From the NCBI GenBank assembly GCA_028023455.1, contig JAQFVV010000006.1, forward strand, positions 19,902,001-19,966,000: 64,000 nucleotides of DNA, read 5' to 3'. Below, one piece after another: positions 39,806 to 51,313 of the stretch. The position numbers were made by a program, and so were the translations under genes. The notes beneath the pieces were generated by a model. It was not told the origin of the DNA and searched no databases. It saw only the letters and a program-made list of their open reading frames with translations. Source of the stretch: Epiperipatus broadwayi. Its lineage: Eukaryota > Animalia > Onychophora. Each line of letters opens with the position of its first letter. The first letter of the stretch is position 1.

Positions 39806-40019
39806 TATATATATATCATGTCTCTGCAGCAATGCTTAAATAAAACAATGAAATATCAACAATCTATTACTAAATTATAGATAATAATTGTACCTAAAAA
39901 CTTAAGGTTGCCCTGACAACAGATTATTGATATTCTATTGGTTTATTAAAACATTAGCTGCAGTGATGTGATTTGTACATGATGACCAGTTAGTTATTAG
40001 TATTTATGGATTTATATAT

Positions 40020-40270
40020 ATATAATAAAAATAAACAATTGGAATAAAACTACAAAATTTGTTTAAATGCTTATATAAAATTAAAGATTAATGTTCTTTG
40101 CTATAGCCAGCTTCGGCATATTCCGCCAACTTAAGTATCAATACGTATTGCTACTTAAGATGGCCGAATATGCTGAAGCTGGCTATAGCAAAGGATATTA
40201 ATCTTCAATTTTATATAAGCATTTAAAAATTTTTTGTAGTTTTATTCCAATTGTTTATTTTTATTATTAT
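40020..40270. mobile_element. Loopless 250-bp palindrome with a degenerate hammerhead in each arm
   Basis: Centre CAATAC|GTATTG at 40144/40145; right arm TTGCTA-CTTAAGA-T-GGC(cgaatat)GCT-GAAG-CTGG-CTA-TAGCAA (40148-40191). Confidence 0.85.
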
Positions 40271-40387
40271 ATTTACATTAGTAGATATTATATATATATA
40301 TATAGAAAAATTTACTTTACAAATAAGATTTGTAAAGAAAATAATGATAGTGGGTTCTATGAACAACATTTTTTTTATATATTAAGA

Positions 40388-41031
40388 TTAAATTGAGAGA
40401 GTGCAAATTTCTCAAGCGCTTGTGACTATTAGTAACCAATCAGATCTTAAGCACTGGGACAGGGAATTTAACAAGAAAAGAGTGGATTCCACTCTCTTCT
40501 TTACTTGTCTTTCTATATATCCAAGCTAGTCCAAAGTACTTATATCTGAAAGCGTGAATCTTAAATATCATCACACTTAATTGACTGAGTTCAAATTATA
40601 AACATGCTTAAGATCTGATTGGTTACTAATAGTACAAGCGCTTGAGAAATTTGCACTCTCTCAATTTAATTTTCAATACCATCTGCACTTTATAAAATAT
40701 TATTTACATATATTGCTGCAAAGTTATAACATCAAAAAACTACTGCGTAGTAAATCGAAAGATTTTACACTGCATGTTTATAATTTGAACTCAGTCAATT
40801 AAGTGTGATGATATTTAAGATTCACACTCTCAGATATAAGTACTTTGGACTAGCTTGGATATATAAAAAGATAAGTAAAGAAGAGAGTGGAATCCACTCT
40901 TTTCTTGTTAAATTCCCTGTCCCAGTGCTTAAGATCTGATTGGTTACTAATAGTCACACGCGCTTGAGAAATTTGCACTCTCTCAATTTAATTTTCAATA
41001 CCATCTGCGCTTTATAAAATATTATTTATAT
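40388..41031. repeat. Complex inverted plus partial-tandem duplication
   Basis: 40388-40607 is inverted relative to 40772-40991; the terminal 105 bp (40927-41031) is also present directly at 40606-40710. Confidence 0.92.
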
Positions 41032-43439
41032 ATTAAGCTTAAATCACATCTTGTTGTATATGCCTTTTCTAGGGCTCAGTTTTGAACTTTAATTCTGAGT
41101 GATAATTTAATTTGTTAATATACTGAAGCAATATTTATATATGCTTCATATCTGTAATTTAAAAATTCGAAGGAATTTTTCAGTTTCAACAATTTTAGTA
41201 AATAAAAATTACATTTATAATTATATGCACAGATAAATGTATATGGCATGATTAATTACAAGTTTATTTTAAAAGTATGCTAAAAGAAAATATTTATTTT
41301 ATTAACATTTATAAAGGTATTGTAGATAAGTGGAAATAGCATTATCTTAGAAAATGTAATTAAAATTCTTATAAACAGAATAATTTATTAAGGAGATAAG
41401 TATTTGATGTAAAGTAGTCTGGGAATTCCTTTCGAAGATAACATTTTGTGAATGTATTGATTGGATAAATGGACCAAAATGGAGTTCATGAGTTAGCTAC
41501 CACTAATAGATCAATGGATTGCAATGACCACTGATGTATCCAATTTTGTTGATAAACCAACTCCAGAAACTAGTGGCTATAATATATTGTAATCAATATA
41601 ATTTGATTGATTTTATTGCATTAATCTTTTTTGATTTTCTGCTTGGTGTTAAAATATACAACGGAAGAGTAGAGAAGTCATGTTCTACTTTATCCTGGCC
41701 ATCTGGCAGAGTGCAGGCCAAAAGCTCATAAAATGTATGCAAAGGTGCTGTCAACTAATGTCAAAACATTTTAAGGAGTGTTGCATCCATTATATGATTA
41801 GATTTCAAGCATCTACTACTTTGGGGAGAAAACCAATAAACATCACATGATATATATAGATAGTTTTGCCTTATTCTTTGGGGAGAAACCAGTCATCAAT
41901 AAACAAGTAAATTATACCCTATGCTGCTTCTGAAATTAAGAACCATATGAGTAAAATGAGTGATGTCATAGCTATAAGTGAACAAACAAACTCCACTAAA
42001 AGTATACCAAGACCTGAAAAAGTTCAAACTCTTAGTGATGAAAGGGAATGGGTATGAACTTTAAAATATATTCTTATAGCACTAACATTATTTATCTCCT
42101 TTATCCAAAAAGTATTTTATAAATTATCATTATTATTGATTTTGTAAATTTGTTTATAAACTAGTATGATAAGGGATTACTCTGTTATTTAATCACACCA
42201 CAATTCAGTCAGCATAAATCATAAGAGAAGAATAAATTTTTATGTAAAACAATTAGTTTTTTTTATTGCAATCCTTGGCCATGTTGTAAAAAATTAGTAC
42301 TTTAAAACCAGTCATTTCCACCACTTGTAAATATAAAAAGTTATCAAAATAATAATTTAATCATAGCTTGATGCACTCTAGAAGGGATACAATACAGGCT
42401 GCATGGATAGAATGAATTAAGATTTTTTAAAAATTATTTGTTAATAGTTTATAGTTTTAAGATATTACCCTCCAGGTTTGAAGAAGGATTATTAGGTGTA
42501 TTGAAGCAAGGGAACTAACTGCTGTAACTTTATTTTTGGCTGTTTTGTTTTATATGAGATTCATTTATATGTGTTTTATTTATTCATAAATAATTGTTAT
42601 ACTAAACAATTGCCAGTCACTTGCATTCATTAGTTTACTTATAGCAGTAGTATGTGGTAGATGCATGTTCCTATCATATATCATTTGCTTTGGGTCTTAT
42701 ACATGTTTTGGATGATACCATTTGCAACTGGCCCCTCTTACATTTAGTATCTTTATAATAGAATGCAATAGATACAAATTCCTATCATATTGCATGTTCC
42801 TAGCTCACATGTATGTATATAAAAAATAATGTAACACAGATGTTGTTTTTCTGTCTTTTACATTTGCACATATAGCATTTAGTTACTTACCTGCATTACA
42901 GCCCAACAGTATTTATGGTAGTCCAGTTCTTTAAATAGTTTATGAAATGATTTATCATAGTTAATGAATACAACATATTCTTAAACTGTGGGTTTTTTAA
43001 ATCTTAAAACTGTAATAATAAATAGTTGTGATCGTTGGTCTATGCAGAAGGGTTAGATCAATTCAAAAACAATTAAAATGTATTATACTGTATATTACTT
43101 GTGCATAAAATTAATTATAGAATCCATACATAGTTATTCATATTAACTTGTTTAACAATTGTCAGTGCAGTGAAATATCATGTAAGGTTAATCAGTATAA
43201 AATATACCATTATTTCCCATAGATTGCAATCTATTTATGTTATTGTGGGTGTTGTAATTATATATGTAAATTGTAGTGTCTCATTATATTCAGCACTTGT
43301 CATTATTTTGCAATCAATGAGATAATTACGATAGAATAAACTGCGATAGGATCTCATGTATGTAGTTGATTCTTAGCAGGCTATAAAAAGAAAAAGTTTA
43401 TTCTGTGACGTCAGATTGAGGAGATCATATGCAAATTAT

Positions 43440-43700
43440 TCTTAGCTGAAGAGTTGGAGGTTGGAGTGAATTGAAGCCTGTCCATTAAAGTATGAAGATT
43501 TGCTATCTTAATATAAATTGAGCACTGATTATATATGTGTGGGAGATGATAATCTGGACCAAGTGATGAGTGTTGGTTTAGCACGAAATACTTTTATTGG
43601 TGATTGTTTATCTTTCTACATGTATGTGGTCATGTTTATCAATGGTATGAGATAGTATCGATAGTTGAAGGATGCTTGATAATCTGAGTTCAAATCCCCT
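43440..43700 (+). mobile_element. Family H copy 4 (longest)
   Basis: GAGTTGG..CCTGTCCATTAAAG..ATTTGCTATCTTAATATAAA..; ACCAA-GTGATGA-GTGTTG-gtt-TAGCAC-GAAA-TAC..TTGGT (43558-43601); ends CTGAGTTCAAATCCC. Confidence 0.75.
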
Positions 43701-44426
43701 ACATTTAAAATTATCATTAGATGATTTGCATGTAAGATGTACATTTTGACAGTTACAATAATATGTGAAGTTAAGTATTATTTTTTCTATATGTTATATA
43801 TTTATGTATTATAATTAATCTTCATATATATATATTCATGATGTGAAATTGGGCATAAGTTATTGTTTTTATTTTTCCTAGTTACCGCTTAACTTTATTG
43901 TTTCTGTGCATTTGAAAATAAAGTGCTTTTATTATTCACATAATTTGTTTTAAAGATTTTTTTTAATGTTATAAATATAACTAATAATTAAATTGTACTT
44001 GATAATTTGCCTGCTTTTGTAATGCTAAATAAATTAAATTATTAGCAATAACATTTTTTATGCTTCAAAACAATTCTCAATAAATTGCCAATATTGTATT
44101 AAAAATTTAAATTAAAAAGGTTTAGAAGAACTTCTCTTTATGTTTGCATTCGTTGATTATCTGCTTCATTGTCGGGGCAAACAATACTCAAATCATTTAA
44201 AAAAATATGAATTCTTCATATAATTCAATTAAATTTATAATCAATTCGTACAAAATAAAAGACATTTTTAGATTTAATTTAATTAGTTTTATATGAAAGC
44301 CAATAATTTTTAGAAGAAATTATATTTATCAGACTCTGTTGAAACTTGTATTTATACTATTCCTGATTCTATGGTTTAAACGAATACTTCAAAAAATATA
44401 TAGAAACAATTAATACTAAATTTCAG

Positions 44427-44538
44427 TTCCTATCTTGCGAGAGAATGGCGGAATAAAAAATTATCGCAATGTCGGCAAGGAAATGAAGGCCCAGATTTTG
44501 ATAACTCTGGTTCACCTCTAGTTCTTTACGAGCTGTAA
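44427..44538 (+). CDS. Candidate terminal coding exon of an unidentified gene
   Basis: Branch/acceptor TACTAAATTTCAG; reads SYLAREWRNKKLSQCRQGNEGPDFDNSGSPLVLYEL*; locally GC/CpG-rich; not recognised. Confidence 0.3.
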
Positions 44539-46099
44539 TATGGTTAGAGAGTATTGTCGAAGCTTTTGCGTTATTGGACAGTTGTGTTTTGGTGAAATTG
44601 AGATGAGAAATACACCGATAAAAATTAAAAAAAAAAAAAAAAGTTAATGAATAATTATTTTGCAGCCATTTATTGTTTGAAATTAGTTTTGTATTCCACA
44701 TAATGCTTGTATTAGAAAAAAATAAAAGTCTTTAAGGACTCATCATAGATGACCATGAAGCTATTAAGCCTATTAATCTATTTTCCATTTTTGTTTACTT
44801 TATAGGTAAGGATAGCACGATACCTATTGCAATGGTTAGCTGATAGACCAAATTGCTTTGATTCAAATTTAGATTATAGACATGTGTGTATTACTATTAC
44901 ACTATAATATCCACCTTCATTTTTAATCATATTATTTTACTTAACAATAAGCACCAAAGAGAAATATTAACCAAATATCCACATTCATTTTTAGCTATTA
45001 GCATTTATTATTGAGGAGGGTTGGATTGCACATACATACATGGATGTAGTCTCTGCAATTTTTTTTATATTACTCTATATAGTTTAAATTAATCTCCAAG
45101 CCATTTTAGTTATGCAGCTTCACGGTTCAGACAATGGGTCTGTGATTATACATTTTAATGACCTCAGTTATATTCTAAATGTAAACATTTTGGATTTTTT
45201 GACAAAATAATTGGTATAGGAAATAAGACACTCTACACTATCATAGTGCAAAAGCTATTCAGTAATTTACAATTAAGTTGGGTCAAGTTGGCACCCATGA
45301 TTATATAGATTACTCTAAGGTAGAATAATATAGAATAGATCATGTGTTTGTATATATAGTGTAATATTTATGAAGTAATCAAATCGAAATATAAATACAA
45401 TAAGAATAATTTACAATTAGACTTTTTACAATCATTTAACAAACTTATAAATTATGCTTTTTTACATATCAATGTGCAGAAACACAGTTCATTTTTATTA
45501 ACTTCTACATTATTAAATAGGATAGGTAATAACATTGATATCTGAAAGGGTAAAATGTTAAGTTGGTGGTGTTCTTCATAAAATCTTGATCAAACAAGTT
45601 TATACATTCAGATAATAACATGTAAGTTTTAATAATTTTAATGTCATAAAAACAAATATGTAGAGTTGAGAATATATAATAATATTTATGAAATAAATTT
45701 TGAATGTGCACCATTAGACCGGCATCATAGAGGAGATGGTAGGTCTTTTCACATCTGTGATAAATGTTTAATCTTGGATTCACATCAAATAAATCCTGTG
45801 ATGTTATCTGATGTGGTATCAAAATGTGTGTTTTTTTTTAAAAATTTGATCTCATATCAAAACATGTTTTTTTTTGTGATATTTTTTGACAGTCTCAGTT
45901 ATTGTCCAGATTTCATTCTGACAACAGCTTTTATCATAGTTTTAATTCAAGATTAGTTATTGTCCAGACTTCAATTGCATTCCATAGTTTTACTTCAAGA
46001 TTTCAATTGCATTTTTGCTTTATTTGTTTGATTTTAAGTGAGTAAATATACATAGTTTTCCTTTTTTCTTTTGATTTTCTTTATGTTATCATTAGAATT

Positions 46100-46375
46100 A
46101 ATGATAGGACACCAGCAAGTCTGATTGAAGTTATCAATAAAATGTAGAAGAGGGTTTCACCATATCATATTGTTCTAAGGCCTATAAAAGTGATGAATTG
46201 ACAAATGCCAGATACAATCATTTTTGTGTGAATCACAAATATAATTCCATGAATTCAGAAACTGGGGTTCCCACACAAAACATTGAAAAACTTTGGGGTT
46301 CTTCAAAATGGCATAATAAGCAAGGAACAGCATGTCATCACCTAGATTCATATTTGATTGAATTTGATGTGTTCA
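46100..46375 (+). mobile_element. Merlin / IS1595 (ISXO2-like) DDE transposase relic
   Basis: NDRTPASLIEVI-(frameshift)-NVEEGFTISYCSKAY...HFCVNHKYN..SETGVPTQNIEKLWGSSKW...GTACHHLDSYLIEF, the VNH..F..TG.HTQ.IE.LW / HL..YL.EF signature. Confidence 0.85.
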
Positions 46376-47010
46376 TTTCCATAGTGAACAAAATCAAAAA
46401 AATATCTCTGCCAGAATGAACAATTAATAAAAGTTGAGCAATTGGCAAATGCTCACTGTTTATATCTTACAAGCTTAAGAGAATTGGGTCATGTGATCTA
46501 TGACTCTTATTTTGACAATTAATAAAAGTGTTTCAATTTTATCATAATTCTTTATTTTATGATTGTTTTCTTTTTTTTACTTTTAAAAAATACATTTGCC
46601 TATTACCATTTTTTGGGGGGATAATCCTGTTCAGGTGAGATACTGCACAATCACATGTTCATTTGGGGGAGGGGGATGTTGGGCCATAAAATTTGAACCA
46701 CTTAAAATAAAGTATAACAGACAAATTCATTGTTTCATTGTGACAATTCCTCATATATTCCATGGTAGATAACATATGCTAACGTATGTGTATATTTTCC
46801 ATTTTTTTGATATTTTAGACAATTTTTATAATTTAGTGTTTATTTTGCTTGTATTTAAATTAACATTTGGGAATTGCATTATGATGTGTCATTGATTACA
46901 TATTTTTGTATGGGAAATCAATATTTTTACTGTTGTTAAAAGTGTACTTTTTAAGATTTTATTTTTTGGTCAAATTCATAATTCTAATATTGCATAATTT
47001 ACTTGTTAAG

Positions 47011-47050
47011 ATCGATTAATATTCCACATCATATTGTTATATATTACAAG
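47011..47050 (+). CDS. Candidate 40-nt exon
   Basis: TTCTAAT..TTTACTTGTTAAG acceptor, AAG|GTAAGT donor, open frame SINIPHHIVIYYK. Confidence 0.25.
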
Positions 47051-49584
47051 GTAAGTACCCTATGTGTATATTTTAGGGTTTTGGGTAATATTTTACAGTA
47101 CTTTTATAATTTAGTAATCGTATTAGTATTAGATCTGCAGTGCCTTTTCACATGTATATTCAGACTGCTGATAAGTTTGTAAATCTGGTGAAAAAATATG
47201 TACATGTGGTCTATTTTGATGAATTTATCATTTTAAGTTTGTAGAACATCCAAGTGTACATGTTATTTTAGTCAGATCAAAAGATTAGAAAGTTGTCAGT
47301 GGATTGATAAGTACCAAATAATTTCCATGTCTCATTTTCTAGAGTAATTTTAATAGACATTCAACTAATGCTGTTTTTTATTATCAATACTAATTCATCA
47401 TTCAGACATATGCTTAATCATTATTGTTTATTTAAATTTATTAAAATTATTAGCGCTTACCCTTTAATAGTTATCTGAAATAATAAGTTGGTTTGAATAA
47501 GGCTTTGTGAATTACAACAGTTCACTTCACTGAGTAGCAATGATTAGTTTACTATCCATATAACAATATGGAATTTAGATAAAAATGGACCATTTTTGTC
47601 TTATTGATGGATTAATACACTCAAGAAAAAATGTATTATTTGGAAATTTATTAAAATAATTATAGAAAGTCTGATCTGTATGTCATTTTTATGACATTTA
47701 TATTTTGAATTTATTATTTCATAAACATTATACTTACGAAGTAATAAAGAATTATTACCCATCTTTAATAGCTATTGTTTATTCACAGGGTTATTAAAAT
47801 TATTAGAATATATATATAAGGCTAGTATAAATTATACTTATATTCTAATATAAACACACATAATATTGCATGCAACTATTTATAAAATAAAATTTAGCTT
47901 AGGATAGTTGTGTACGACCTAACAATAGTAATATCTCTTTCACCAGAAAAAATTAGTATCTTCTCTTTAAAATATACATAAAATAATTTGTTTTTAAATT
48001 GAATAAATTAAATCTACAAATTAACCATAAATTTAATAAAAATAATCACTTCCACAGTTTAGTACAGTAGGAATAATTGTCAACTCAGAGATTCACAAAT
48101 CACAGCTCGACTGTTGCTCCTGGTTCCTGGATGTCATGGTTTAGTGCAACGGTGGAGTAATGACCTCAAGAATTAAAAGTCTACGAATCACAGATCAGTT
48201 TTTTTCTTTCAGTATTTAATTATTATATGTCCTCACAAGTGATAAACTTCATAATTATCTTTTTTTAATGGTATTAACTTATCTCATCATGATAACTAAG
48301 GAACCAGAAGCGAGATTCATTTTTAATCAAGTATTTTTCTTTAGCTCATAAGTACATTATCCCACCAATGCATTAAACTAAAAAGGTCAATCTATATAAT
48401 AGAATATTTATTATTAAGTTTTAGCAAATTATTGAAGATCTTATCTATATTTATAAGCATTTTCAGAAAAAAATTCCAAATTTCAAAACATTGGTTTTTT
48501 ATATATAAGAAATAAATTTATAATTATATATGACTTATGCAGATATATTTTATTAAAGATAAAACTGTTTGCTGAGTTGTTTAAATTTATAATTAATAAT
48601 TAGAAGTTTTTAAATAGAAGATTTTAAATCAACTTTTAAATAATTTTTGTTGGCTCTCATCACTACTTTGTATTCCTGTACTAATTTATACTTCATCTAA
48701 CATTGTTTTTTCAGAATATGGCACAATATTAGTCTCCATGGTGACCATTTTTATTCATTTTATATCATCCTGTAAAATAGCGAAAAATACAACTGATATA
48801 TATGTTATAATTAATGTTAGCACCGTAGATTGTGTAAACTGATCAGACATCGTCTTCAGTGGATTACTTTTCGCATCACTTCCTTATAAAAGGTTGTGAC
48901 AATTTCTATATGATTACATATATCTCTGCACTAATATATTATGGGCCATAGTGAATATAACTATTCTTAAGTAAATGAAAAACAATCACAAACAGTCAAC
49001 TATATTACATTAGAATCTAAAATGGTATTCATTGAGTAGCGATTTTTATGTCATTTTTACTATTCAAATTATTAAGAAAAGTTCTAATACCATAATGTTT
49101 TGAACTCAAGCCAAATATGTAAAATAGCTTCATATTTTTTAAATTTCTTTTTTATGGAATGGCCCAAATTTTTAAAATGACCCATATATATAAATGGCAG
49201 CATATATTTGTTATCACAAATAAATAAATCAGAATAATCAAAACTATAAATCAGAATGATTATATAGAAACTAAGGGCAGGTATAAATGCACTTTGACTG
49301 CATATTCTTCTTTATAATATGTACCTATATATATATATTCTTTTAGTAGATTTTTCAAAATTATACTTACCTAATTAAATTTCATTTAGGTATAGAAATT
49401 GTGAGGAAAATATATTGATTTGTATACAAAATATTTTATTTTATTATTCATGTAAAATAAAATTTATATCGTTTCAAGAAAATAATTATAAAAAAATTAA
49501 ATGTAAGCGATTATGAGACTGTTAATTAGATATAGTTTTAAATATATCGTGTTTCATCTAGAAGAATCATTATCACTTGCTGAG

Positions 49585-49650
49585 CAAGGTTTGGTGCAGT
49601 TGTAGAGTAATCCGACTTGGGATTGGGAGGTCCTAGGATCGATTCTGGTG
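49585..49650 (+). mobile_element. tRNA-derived SINE head
   Basis: TTGGTGCAGTTGTAGAG...GGAGGTCCTAGGATCGATTC; similar A box to 2272-2340. Confidence 0.55.
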
Positions 49651-49809
49651 TTCAACATCTTATGAACCCCCAATCAACAAAGCCATTAGAATTTTTTTTA
49701 TTCTCAGTTTCTTCTTTTCAAAAATAAAAGTTGCAGCCAAAATAGAATAAATTTAATTTTAAAAACATTACGAATATTAATAAGGTTTTAATACTTTTTA
49801 TCAGATACA

Positions 49810-50110
49810 TTATGAACTTATATACAAGTGGACTGAAAATGAAACACATGGATGAGAAAACAAACAGGTATAACTGACCTCATTGGAAGAATTAAGACTC
49901 TGCAATGGAGCTATCTGGACATATTGCTAGAAGAGATGATAATACATGGATAGATGAGGGGTAGAAAACGATTGCATGACTGATACATAAATGAAATAAG
50001 ACAGTTTTCTTATTTGATGTGGAGAAGAGATACTAAAGATAAAAAAACTGGATTAAACTTGAAGAGACCTTTATCAAGCAATGGACTAATAATAGTTGAA
50101 ATGATGATCT
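49810..50110 (+). mobile_element. RTE family 1 3' fragment, old
   Basis: GGACATATTGCTAGAAGAGATGATAATACATGG ... GAAGAGACCTTTATCAAGCAATGGA, ATGATGAT tail. Confidence 0.75.
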
Positions 50111-50997
50111 TATACAACTGCCTAAATCATTTCATGCAACATTGTAGCACAACATTTTTTTTTTAATGATATACAGTGCTTTCAGGCTTTTCCATATTAT
50201 ATGCTAGGTTATAAAAATAGTTGTGTATATTTAAGTAATAATGATTTAATGCAAATACCAATGTAACTATCAAAAATCAGCAACTACAATTTTAGTTCAG
50301 TGCTTTTTGTTATGGTAATATCATGCGCAAAATAGCTGCACAATGTTTCATCACATATTTTTACATTATGTAAATCCAATCAACCCTAAACTGGAAAACC
50401 TTTCTTCATTAACTATTCTATAGCAATTTTTTTAGTGCTTTTATAACATAATGTGGTCAGAGAGCTCAATGTCCATGAATTGTGACTCCATCTTCACTTC
50501 TGGTTCTTTTTATAAATTCTTGAGTAATATACCATTCAGTTAATGACAGTGCTATTATGTCACAACAATTCAGAACATGGAAAAATAATTGAATATCATA
50601 ACCATATCATTGGGCCAATATGATGGTATTACAGTTCAAGAGGTATAAAACCATGAACTTGATGTCTATAATTATATAACCCTTCTTTCATAATGAATAT
50701 TTTTTAATCTGGACATCAACACACATCCAAACACTTCAATTTACCAGAATGACTTTTCACAGCAATGCAGAATATCTGTTTTAAATGACTACTGCAGTAC
50801 AGTTGGATTATTTACTATCCGAATATCTTAAAAAATCAGTCTTTGCTTCACTATTCTCAACTATTTAATGGTAAATCTACAGACTAATGAGTGTTATCCA
50901 GAATAGCTATGTTAAAAATATGGTGAAATTATAATGCATATATTCAAACCAAGAAGATATTCTATTACATTTATTACTTTTCTAAGTGGTTGAGGTT

Positions 50998-51313
50998 TCA
51001 TGTGAGAGTTCATGAATTAACACAGGCAAAACTCTTCATACAGTAGTGCCACTCAGTGCCAGCCAGAGTAATCAATGGATGCCAGAAGGCTTGTACATAA
51101 AATCCCCATCTAGTGCCTATTCATTCAATATCCCTAGACTAGTTTCTGGCTTGTGGCCTTTAACAGTGAGGAGCCTTGGATATGAGAACACTGCACCTAG
51201 ATCTTAGGATCTGGCTGGCACTGAGTGACACTACTGTATGTAGAGTTTTGCTTGTGTTAATAACAGTTATATGCAAGCATAAGAAATGGTGATCATGTGA
51301 GAGTTCCTGAATT
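50998..51313. mobile_element. Family F copy 2 with 21-bp flanking direct repeat
   Basis: About 45-bp inverted arms; TCATGTGAGAGTTC(A/C)TGAATT at 50998-51018 and 51293-51313; hammerhead with mutated core (CTGTTAA) on the minus strand at 51132-51171. Confidence 0.88.

Noticed and set aside
41941-42053. Open stretch NHMSKMSDVIAISEQ...DEREW with GTATGA donor
   Set aside because: Weak acceptor, phase incompatible with nearby candidates, unrecognised.
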